IMG/VR virus record: IMGVR_UViG_3300004481_000389
Reading direction: 5' to 3' (one strand)
Length of the DNA stretch: 64,000 nt
Origin: a virus
Shown one piece after another: positions 1 to 7,305 of this stretch. Position numbers and translations under genes: made by a program. The notes under the pieces were generated by a model that worked only from the letters and a program-made list of their open reading frames with translations, searched no databases and was not told the DNA's origin. Each line of letters starts with the position of its first letter. Position 1 is the stretch's first letter.

Positions 1-35
1 TTGAGGCCTCATTCATCAAATGAAATAGGCTAGGT

Positions 36-476
36 ATGAAATTTGATTACAGCTCTTTTAAATCTGAGGGTATAAACCGTAACCGGGATCTGGTAGGGAC
101 AGTACAAGGGACCTTTCAGGGGCAAGAAATTACTTGTCGTGCTTACCAGGCTTCAAACAGTGATTTAGTTATTGCTGGATTCATGGGAAAAAATAAGGCT
201 TATAACCGCCTATGGGTTGCTACCGTCTGGCTGGAAAAAGATAACCAGTTACGCTTTTATTTTGGCTTTGAAAGCAAACCGAAGCGCAACGGCGCATCTG
301 ACCTTGTTTATGATCCTGATGGATATTTTGAACAGGCACCTAAGCATTTGTTTAATGTGGACCCATCCAGCATAGAGGAAAACGCATATTGCCATCGTTG
401 CGGAAAGGACGTTGTTCTAGTGCATGGTGAATGTTCTGATTGTGAGCTTTATTTTGCAAAAAAATACGATTACTAA
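36..476 (+). CDS. hypothetical protein with C-terminal zinc-ribbon (CxxC-x10-CxxC)
   Basis: 146-aa ORF. C-terminus reads CHRCGKDVVLVHGECSDC. A hairpin follows at 483-501. Confidence 0.5.
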   Translation: MKFDYSSFKSEGINRNRDLVGTVQGTFQGQEITCRAYQASNSDLVIAGFMGKNKAYNRLWVATVWLEKDNQLRFYFGFESKPKRNGASDLVYDPDGYFEQAPKHLFNVDPSSIEENAYCHRCGKDVVLVHGECSDCELYFAKKYDY

Positions 477-506
477 AAAAATGCCCTGATTTTTTCAGGG
501 CTATTT
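475..506. terminator. bidirectional rho-independent terminator between convergent genes
   Basis: Stem gccctga (483-489) pairs with tcagggc (495-501). An A-run lies upstream and T-rich sequence downstream. Confidence 0.6.
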
Positions 507-534
507 GCTAATTGATATATGTTGTAGCCTGCCC

Positions 535-1089
535 TTATTTGTAAGGGCTTTCCTTTTTTGCGCGTACCTTCTTAAAGTGCTGGTTTACCAGGTCCCAGGC
601 CATATCTTTATTTTTTCGCACTCTTGCCCGGTTCTGATTCAGCTTTTTCATTGCCCAGGGCCGTTTTTTCGCAATAATGGTCCCTATCCTTTCCCAGTCC
701 TCACTTTTATCAGCTGCAGTGCGCCCATGCTCACCAAAAGCAGCAATCAGGGTCTTATTTGATGTGCTGCAATCAAACAGGCCTTGTAGCATTCTATGTG
801 CCAGGGTCGCCGTCATATCAAGCTCATATTCAATGGCCAGCGTATATAGGACCACAAGCATTAACCCTGCTTTACGCTTCCTGGACAAAATCGACCACTG
901 GGCCGCATGTTGTGGGTCCATAACGGCCATAGTGTCATGTAGATAACTTGGATCTGGTACCAGGGATTCATGATCGTATTTATGGTAATTGATCCGGTTG
1001 AAAATTAATTGTTCTGCATCTTTTGTGTAGTCTTGGAGACTATAGGGCTTATGCCTGGTGTAGAAGTCCCTCATTTTTTCAATATTCAT
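535..1089 (-). CDS. hypothetical protein with a basic C-terminus
   Basis: 184-aa ORF next to the partition cassette. No motif recognised. Confidence 0.5.
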   Translation of the reverse strand: MNIEKMRDFYTRHKPYSLQDYTKDAEQLIFNRINYHKYDHESLVPDPSYLHDTMAVMDPQHAAQWSILSRKRKAGLMLVVLYTLAIEYELDMTATLAHRMLQGLFDCSTSNKTLIAAFGEHGRTAADKSEDWERIGTIIAKKRPWAMKKLNQNRARVRKNKDMAWDLVNQHFKKVRAKKESPYK

Positions 1090-1192
1090 GTTTACTCCAT
1101 TGTCGAGGCTAAAACATATATCGCTTAGCTTGGTCGATTTTGAGGTTATAACATGAGTTGTGCGCCGTTGTATATCAAGCGATTAGCTGGCA

Positions 1193-1215
1193 TTAAAAAG
1201 CCCCTTTCGGGGCGT
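1193..1215 (-). terminator. rho-independent terminator after the parG-like gene
   Basis: Minus strand reads GCCCC-GAAA-GGGGC followed by TTTTT. Confidence 0.7.
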
Positions 1216-1217
1216 AT

Positions 1218-1430
1218 TTATGGAATGTCTTTAATACATTCATCAATCAGGCTGGTTAAATGGTCCTTCATGTTTAGTCTGTTTTGCGCCAGATAGATCT
1301 TATAGCGTCTGTGGCGATCCTCAGACAATACCAGGCTGCTACGCACGGTTGGACCTATATCCTTAATGCTTTCCAATTGCTGAGCTTTGCGTTTATCGCC
1401 CTGGTCCTTTTTGGATTTAATTTCTAACAT
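1218..1430 (-). CDS. parG: ParG-like ribbon-helix-helix centromere-binding protein (type Ib partition)
   Basis: 70 aa, downstream of parA. The segment VRSSLVLSEDRHRRYKIYLAQNRLNMKDHLTSLIDECIKD aligns by eye with my recollection of the TP228 ParG RHH core (KRVNVNFDEEKHTRFKAACARKG...). Confidence 0.7.
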   Translation of the reverse strand: MLEIKSKKDQGDKRKAQQLESIKDIGPTVRSSLVLSEDRHRRYKIYLAQNRLNMKDHLTSLIDECIKDIP

Positions 1431-1446
1431 TTAACATTCCTGGGTC

Positions 1447-1510
1447 ATGCACTTATGCGGTTATACACTTATACAATTATGCACTTATGCTATCAAGTGC
1501 ATAAGTGCAT
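1447..1510. repeat. array of eight phased 8-bp units (ATGCACTT / AAGTGCAT) between parA and parG
   Basis: TGCA-like cores at 1448, 1456, 1464, 1472, 1480 and 1488. Two inverted copies follow at 1498 and 1506. Confidence 0.8.
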
Positions 1511-1519
1511 ATATTTGAA

Positions 1520-2164
1520 TTAAGTCTTGTCTGAGAGGTATTTAGCTTTGATTTCTTCTGCTAGTTTCCAAGCGTCTTTAGCTGCATTGGAATTAGGTGC
1601 ATAGTCGTGAACAGTCAAACCTTTAGCAATTGATTTTGTGTAGTCGATGTACTGAAAAATAACTGTATCTAACACGGGTAGTTCATAGCCAGCCAAAACG
1701 CTAGAAACTTCTTTACCCAGTGACGTATTTGCAATTACACGAGATACCAGGAAAGTAGCCTTTAATTTTTCATCTGTAAGCTCGATACGTTGTTTAACCA
1801 TATCTACCAGGTCGGACGTTGCCCATATATCAAGTGGTGAAGGCTGGACTGGGATAATAACTAAATCGGATGCTTTAATTGCTGACGCGCTCATTTGTTC
1901 TAAAGAAGGTGCGCCGTCAATAATGACAATATCCATATTGGATAGAGATTTAATGTCTTTATGAATCGTTGGGCGGTCAATAGCGAAAACTGGCACCGGG
2001 TTATTTTCATCTACTTCCTTCCAGTCGCGGGCGCTACCTTGTGGATCTGAATCAACCAGGGCAACTTCCATACCCATTTTTTGAAAAGCACGTGCAAGAT
2101 TAAGTGAATTTGTAGTCTTACCAGCGCCGCCTTTTTGATTGAGCAAAGAGATAACAAAAGCCAT
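1520..2164 (-). CDS. parA: ParA/ParF-family partition ATPase (type Ib, small ParA)
   Basis: Deviant Walker A motif, LNQKGGAGKTT. 214 aa. DSDPQGS and IIDGAP motifs. Collinear with ParF as I recall it. Confidence 0.9.
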   Translation of the reverse strand: MAFVISLLNQKGGAGKTTNSLNLARAFQKMGMEVALVDSDPQGSARDWKEVDENNPVPVFAIDRPTIHKDIKSLSNMDIVIIDGAPSLEQMSASAIKASDLVIIPVQPSPLDIWATSDLVDMVKQRIELTDEKLKATFLVSRVIANTSLGKEVSSVLAGYELPVLDTVIFQYIDYTKSIAKGLTVHDYAPNSNAAKDAWKLAEEIKAKYLSDKT

Positions 2165-2264
2165 TTTTTAATTTCCAGTTTGATGATGAATCCATTGAAG
2201 TATAAGGCTTTACGTGCCTCTGTCAATAAAATAAAGGCCCAAAAATCAGCTATTTGTATATTTT

Positions 2265-2304
2265 AAGTGCATATACATTTATGCACTTATACATTTAAGT
2301 GCAT
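2265..2304. repeat. octamer array upstream of parA (AAGTGCAT-ATACATTT-ATGCACTT-ATACATTT-AAGTGCAT)
   Basis: Read directly. Units are in 8-bp register with alternating orientation. Confidence 0.75.
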
Positions 2305-2385
2305 TTTGTAGAAGTTTCATAGCCTGGGTGATTGATAGCTTTTTAATCTAATTATTTGATTTAATTAAAATCAATTTTATAAAAA

Positions 2386-2417
2386 GTGCATAACCGCATA
2401 AGTGCATGAGTGCATTT
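2386..2417. repeat. four tandem octamers (AGTGCATA ACCGCATA AGTGCATG AGTGCATT)
   Basis: Read directly in the parA upstream region. Confidence 0.75.
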
Positions 2418-2465
2418 CTAGGGATATTGCCTAGATAGGAAAACAGGAGATTAACCGTATTTTTT

Positions 2466-2484
2466 TTATCTCATGATGAGATAA
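2466..2484. promoter_or_regulatory. perfect 19-bp palindrome TTATCTCAT-G-ATGAGATAA, candidate operator
   Basis: Lies 20 bp upstream of the first virion-module gene. It shares a TTATCT half-site with boxes at other operon starts. Confidence 0.4.
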
Positions 2485-2504
2485 ATATACATACAGGTTG
2501 TCTT

Positions 2505-3335
2505 ATGAAAACTGATTTAGTACAACCCCCATTGATCCGCTACAACCTCAAGGAACGTGGCAGACAATTTAGAGGGGTAGAACGTAATTTCGATATTCCG
2601 GCTATCGTTGCTGCTATCAATTCACCCGCTTGCCAGGAGAGAGTTAAAACCCGTGGCATGTTGGGATACCTGGGCCACTGGGTCCGTATTCGTTTTGGTT
2701 TAGAGCCGCCGGAAGGTGGGATTGCTCAAGGCAAGGCTTATGCTGTTGAGCCAGCCATTGTGACGACCTACCTTAAAGCATACCCAAACGGCGATATTGA
2801 GCATCAAACAGAATTTTTAGATACCGATCCAGGCCGTATTGCTGCGCGTATGTATGCAAACGAAGTCGGCGGCTTTAGTTCTGCCATCGATGAAAATAAA
2901 CCGACCTTTTACGGCTTTGACTGGGTGAATGATCCGAACTATTCAACCAATCGCGGGTACAGCTTGACCCTGGATAGCGTGGTAGAGGGTGGAATGACCC
3001 TAGATGATGTTTTGGCTGCTGAATTGCAAGATCGTACCCAAGCTATGAACATGCTTTTAGAGAGAAGCGAGTACCGTGAAAAACTAGCCCTGGATAGCGC
3101 CGTTGCCTTGCGTAATGAAAATGAGCAGCTGTTATCTCTATTGGCTGAGTACGACAAAAAATCAGATGCGCCAGAAGTGCCAATTTCAACCAATGAGGCC
3201 ACAATGCGTATGGAGCGTGATAAGGCGGTGTTTGATTCAGCTGGTATCTTACCAACCTTCAAAGAGCAAAGTAGCGAACAGGACAAGAAAGATGAACGTG
3301 CGTATCGATCAATTCGTTCAATGGTGGTTCGCTAA
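2505..3335 (+). CDS. virion morphogenesis protein, possibly a prohead protease/scaffold fusion
   Basis: The N-terminal ~170 aa carry His/Ser-containing segments (GYLGHW, GGFSSAI, FYGFDWVNDPNYS) reminiscent of HK97-type proteases. The C-terminus is coiled-coil-like. Weak call. Confidence 0.3.
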   Translation: MKTDLVQPPLIRYNLKERGRQFRGVERNFDIPAIVAAINSPACQERVKTRGMLGYLGHWVRIRFGLEPPEGGIAQGKAYAVEPAIVTTYLKAYPNGDIEHQTEFLDTDPGRIAARMYANEVGGFSSAIDENKPTFYGFDWVNDPNYSTNRGYSLTLDSVVEGGMTLDDVLAAELQDRTQAMNMLLERSEYREKLALDSAVALRNENEQLLSLLAEYDKKSDAPEVPISTNEATMRMERDKAVFDSAGILPTFKEQSSEQDKKDERAYRSIRSMVVR

Positions 3336-4084
3336 TGTTTGAGCCAGTTAAAATCGCTTTAGGTGAGTATCTGCAAGGCTTTTATAATGAGCTTGTGCCA
3401 ACTACGCCAGCGTTAAAAGAGTTCAAGAAGCGTGGCTTTTCGTATGGCTTTGTTTATGCGCCTAGCCGCCTGGTGGATCAGGCAAGTGACATGCTGGCCG
3501 CCTGGCAAAAAAACGATACCACGGGCAAGCCAACAACCCCGGCAAAGTTACCCGTGATTATTATCGGGATGGCGAAGGACTACACCCCAACCGGACGGGA
3601 TTTTAACTATCAAATTTCGGATAGCGTGGAAATCATGTTACCCGATGATGCCAAAGAGCGTTATTTTGAAGTTAAAACTATTGCGGGTGATTTGCGGGTC
3701 CAGCTGGTGATTTGTACGAGTGATGAAGCAACGGCGAAAAGTATAGCTGCTCAGCTGTTGTTATATGTGGATTCACCCGTGCGCCGTGGTTTTGATGCGG
3801 TTTATACATTCGCCAAAAATGATGTGAGATTCCCTTGCCAAATTGAGGCCCCGGATAGCCCGGCTTCAAGTGTGGATACAGGGAGTTCAAATGTCACAAT
3901 GCTGGCGATTGATTTTAATCTGCATTGCACGGTACCGCTTTATAGTGCGCCAGATGAGAATGAGCCGAACGATGGTAAAGGGTCCGGCCCTGATGATCCA
4001 AGTGGATTCCCGCTAGTGCAGCAAGTTAATCAAGAAGATCAAACGACTGTTAAAAACGGGCGTGATGTTGATGTGACTGATTAA
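3335..4084 (+). CDS. hypothetical virion-module protein
   Basis: 249-aa ORF whose start overlaps the upstream stop (ATGTTTGA context). Confidence 0.55.
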   Translation: MFEPVKIALGEYLQGFYNELVPTTPALKEFKKRGFSYGFVYAPSRLVDQASDMLAAWQKNDTTGKPTTPAKLPVIIIGMAKDYTPTGRDFNYQISDSVEIMLPDDAKERYFEVKTIAGDLRVQLVICTSDEATAKSIAAQLLLYVDSPVRRGFDAVYTFAKNDVRFPCQIEAPDSPASSVDTGSSNVTMLAIDFNLHCTVPLYSAPDENEPNDGKGSGPDDPSGFPLVQQVNQEDQTTVKNGRDVDVTD

Positions 4085-4452
4085 CACGGTCTGAGTGAGT
4101 GATGTTGTTTAAGTTCCTGGTACTCGATACGTTCATCGTAACGTCTACAGGCCTCGTTAAGTGTTTCGGCATTTAATGAGGCGATCCCCTCCATTAAATT
4201 ATCCGGTCTAATCAGGACTGCATCATATATTCCCATTGAATCCTTATAGATAACTTTAAGTGTGGCCAGGTTGTGATTGAGCTGGACCAATGAGGCTAAA
4301 ACATTGTGCATATCATTGGTGACACTTGTATTGCCCAGGTCTAAATCTTCAATAACCAGAAAGCCTGGATCTAGTAAAAAATACTTAAAATCTGCGGTAC
4401 CAAGCAAATTATTAATACCCTTTTTGGCTTTGGTTTTGTTCTGAAACTGCAT
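4081..4452 (-). CDS. hypothetical protein, antisense to the surrounding structural genes
   Basis: 123-aa ORF convergent with 3335-4084. Its upstream region is the octamer array at 4536-4676. Confidence 0.5.
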   Translation of the reverse strand: MQFQNKTKAKKGINNLLGTADFKYFLLDPGFLVIEDLDLGNTSVTNDMHNVLASLVQLNHNLATLKVIYKDSMGIYDAVLIRPDNLMEGIASLNAETLNEACRRYDERIEYQELKQHHSLRPC

Positions 4453-4535
4453 GTCTTAAAGCCTTATATATTCGATGATTCAGACTATTTTAAACTTTTA
4501 AGTCTCTGTAAAGCAAAGCATGTTGTATTTATATT

Positions 4536-4676
4536 GTGCGTATAAGTGCAAAACTGCATAGCTGTATAGGTGCATAAGTGCAAGGTTGCATAGGTGCCAA
4601 TTTACCTTATCAATCTAGGCCAGGTGCATGAGTGCATAACTGCACGGGTGCAGAATTGCATAGGTGCATAACTGTG
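4536..4676. repeat. two blocks of about seven phased TGCA-core octamers
   Basis: Cores at 4547, 4555, 4563, 4571, 4579, 4587, 4595 and at 4625, 4633, 4641, 4649, 4657, 4665, 4673. A 30-bp gap separates the blocks. Confidence 0.8.
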
Positions 4677-4756
4677 TAGGCAGTATTGGAAAACCAAGTA
4701 AATCAGGCAAACAGGGCTAAATAGAATACCTCCATAGGCTCTATGGGAGTAAACAC

Positions 4757-5248
4757 ATGAAGCAAAAAATACAAGCGAATATACAAGGCTATAAAGGCCG
4801 GCCCGCTAGTTTGTTTGGATTGCATGACACTGAAACGAGTGTACTTGTTATTGCCAAACTATCCACAAAAAGAATGGACCCGCAACCTGGCTGTGCATTC
4901 ATTACCAATCAGTTAAGAACGGAACATGATTTCTATATAGATGAAACCAAGTTGCTTGATTCAATTTCAAGTTATTACCGACTTAAAAACGGTCTGGCCA
5001 AAAACAATGAGACAGCATTATTGCGAATTGACCCTAAAGCGGGGAATGCAGATCCATCAAGCGGCATTGAAATGGACGGCGTATCGGGGCGGGGGATGGA
5101 ATACCGTATTTCGCCTGACGTTACCAATGCACAAATCGCGCTGTTAGCTATGTGCTTGTATGTGGAAGGTTCATCCACGGTTAATGACACGCTGGAAATG
5201 TTCGATGAATTAGAGGCATTGATGGAAGGTAACTGGTTGACGATATGA
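4757..5248 (+). CDS. hypothetical virion-module protein
   Basis: 163-aa ORF with a GGAG-like RBS. Overlaps the next gene (ATGA). Confidence 0.55.
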   Translation: MKQKIQANIQGYKGRPASLFGLHDTETSVLVIAKLSTKRMDPQPGCAFITNQLRTEHDFYIDETKLLDSISSYYRLKNGLAKNNETALLRIDPKAGNADPSSGIEMDGVSGRGMEYRISPDVTNAQIALLAMCLYVEGSSTVNDTLEMFDELEALMEGNWLTI

Positions 5249-5589
5249 CTGCTTATTTAGATCAAAACAGCCAGGCGGCCAGGGTGTTTTTTAAGAAAGT
5301 GGCCAACTATGTGCAAGGTGCTAAGCCCTGGGACAAAGTGGTGAGCTATGAAATCAAGCCGGATGAATATGTGGATGCCACTTTAATCAGCCGCCGGGTG
5401 TATGGGACCTCAGATGAGGTTCTGACAGTTATGGCGTGTGCTGGCATTGATAGCTTTGATGATGGTTTTAAGCAAGGTGTATTAATCCTACCTAACCAGG
5501 TCCAGTTAGACAGATTAAAGCGCGAATCCGGCTTTGAATCTGTGCATAGCAATCGCCGGGATGGTAAACCTCGATGGAGTAGGGATTAA
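5245..5589 (+). CDS. hypothetical virion-module protein
   Basis: 114-aa ORF translationally coupled on both sides. Confidence 0.55.
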   Translation: MTAYLDQNSQAARVFFKKVANYVQGAKPWDKVVSYEIKPDEYVDATLISRRVYGTSDEVLTVMACAGIDSFDDGFKQGVLILPNQVQLDRLKRESGFESVHSNRRDGKPRWSRD

Positions 5590-6638
5590 TGGTTGATGCA
5601 AGTGACCGTAAAATTGCCGGGTCCATAGGTCAAGCCAAAGCCAGGGCGCAAGCCAGCCAGGATAAGCGTGACAGTGCGCCAAATATCCTAACGCCTGGTG
5701 AGGTTCGCGGGGAATATGATGCTAACCGGATGCTTGAGACTACTCTAGGCGGGATCAAGCGAATTATGACGGCTGATGACCTGGCCGCATTTCGCCGTAA
5801 TGCAGCTATAGCCGGGAAAAGCTTTGTTGGTGGAATTACTGCCAGGCAAGTGATCGACCGTTCCTTGTCTACGGATCGAAAGCGGGCAAGACAGGAAATT
5901 CTATGGGCTATGCCAAGTCATGCCAATAAGAATCAGAAAGGCCATTTAGCTGTTAATTTCAATACTGATGCCTCTGGCCGCAATGATGCGTCTAGGCATT
6001 ATGTCCAGGTGGAATTTATAGGATTCCAGACAGCTATTGCATCCGGCGCTCATGCACCACAACGGGCGGCCCGTGAAATGGCTAAGGATAAGATCCGTTT
6101 TGACTGTGATTGTGGCCGTCATACCTACTTTTTGCGATACCTGGCCACGATTGGCAACTATAACTCTGGCCGATCCGAAACGGGCTACCCAAAAATACGA
6201 AACCCTAACCTGGTGGGCGTGGCATGTAAGCACGTTTTACGTGTAATGGCTGAAATTGAGGGCGGGGCATACGTGCTGCAATTCCTGGCCAGGGCTATTG
6301 AAAAGGCGCGTAAGGACAACGGCAAGGTACGCATTCAATCCAGCCAAAAAGAGGCAGATAAGCAAATCCAGAAACAAGCGGGCCGTTCTACAACCAAGCT
6401 TGATTCAAGAGAGGAACGTGATCTGCACCGGGCGCGCCTGGCGTTACGAAAATCGGCAGCTGCAGCACGGGTCAATATGCCAAAACCAAAAGTGACGGCG
6501 GGCGGTAGTCGCAAGATTGGCCAGCTGGGGAAACTTGGCCATAACAAAACCACGGAAACAATTTTGCTGCAAACGATCCAGGGCTTAGGCATTACCCGTG
6601 AACAAGCCATTGCCATGCTGGCGGGCCTAAAAAAATAA
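5589..6638 (+). CDS. SWIM-type zinc-finger protein
   Basis: CDCGRHTYF...VGVACKHVLRVM fits the CxC-x(n)-CxH pattern. The C-terminal third is basic. Confidence 0.55.
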   Translation: MVDASDRKIAGSIGQAKARAQASQDKRDSAPNILTPGEVRGEYDANRMLETTLGGIKRIMTADDLAAFRRNAAIAGKSFVGGITARQVIDRSLSTDRKRARQEILWAMPSHANKNQKGHLAVNFNTDASGRNDASRHYVQVEFIGFQTAIASGAHAPQRAAREMAKDKIRFDCDCGRHTYFLRYLATIGNYNSGRSETGYPKIRNPNLVGVACKHVLRVMAEIEGGAYVLQFLARAIEKARKDNGKVRIQSSQKEADKQIQKQAGRSTTKLDSREERDLHRARLALRKSAAAARVNMPKPKVTAGGSRKIGQLGKLGHNKTTETILLQTIQGLGITREQAIAMLAGLKK

Positions 6639-6659
6639 TCTAATTAGATTCTAATTAGA
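6639..6659. promoter_or_regulatory. two copies of the 10-bp palindrome TCTAATTAGA spaced 11 bp apart
   Basis: Copies at 6639-6648 and 6650-6659, upstream of the gene at 6703. Confidence 0.45.
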
Positions 6660-6702
6660 ATTTTTCGGGCCATTAATCTGCTAATCAAAAATAGGTTTAG
6701 AT

Positions 6703-7212
6703 ATGTTGAATAACATTCCAAAAGGCTTGAATGCCATTACTCGTAAGGTGGTGATCCGGCACCCCAACACATTTAATTGTGAATTTTACCGCCGTAATAC
6801 CAATCGTATTGAGCCAGTAGTGGGGGAGAGGCCCACAATTGGCGGCATGATGGTTATGTCTGTGGATGATGAAGTGGACATAAGCTGGTCCATGATCGGC
6901 ACCGGGTACGCTTTAGTCGCGGATCAATTCCAGCCGTCAACCATGATGGACCGCATGGATACCAACAACGGCAGCGGTGATGAATTTCGCTTTTTGATTG
7001 AATCTGAATTAGAGGCTTTTGAAGGCGGCTTTGAGCCAAAAAAGAACGATGTGTTTTATGTGGTCCTGGGAGATATTCAGGATGAAGATGCACCACGATT
7101 AGCTTATGAAATTATCGGGGTAGAAACGACCGTAAACGTGCCGCCTTATGTCCCACGTTATGTATGCAATCGCCGGGATGATCTAATGCCGCACATAATG
7201 ATGCAGCCATAG
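6703..7212 (+). CDS. hypothetical virion-module protein
   Basis: 169-aa ORF. Confidence 0.55.
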   Translation: MLNNIPKGLNAITRKVVIRHPNTFNCEFYRRNTNRIEPVVGERPTIGGMMVMSVDDEVDISWSMIGTGYALVADQFQPSTMMDRMDTNNGSGDEFRFLIESELEAFEGGFEPKKNDVFYVVLGDIQDEDAPRLAYEIIGVETTVNVPPYVPRYVCNRRDDLMPHIMMQP

Positions 7213-7305
7213 TTCAAAATGGGAAAATCCGACAAATAGGCATTTTTTGAAGGGCAACAATGAGTAATCCGAATTTTTCGGCATCTTATTGGAGTTTTAA
7301 AGAAA

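Noticed and set aside
2011-2226. 71-aa ORF overlapping the 5' end of parA
   Set aside because: It overlaps the strongly supported ParA frame, including the Walker A region, and has no independent support.
4536-4676. Could the short tandem repeats be a CRISPR array?
   Set aside because: The period is only 8 bp with no unique spacers of 25-40 bp, and the units are degenerate. No cas genes are present. The structure fits protein-binding box arrays instead.
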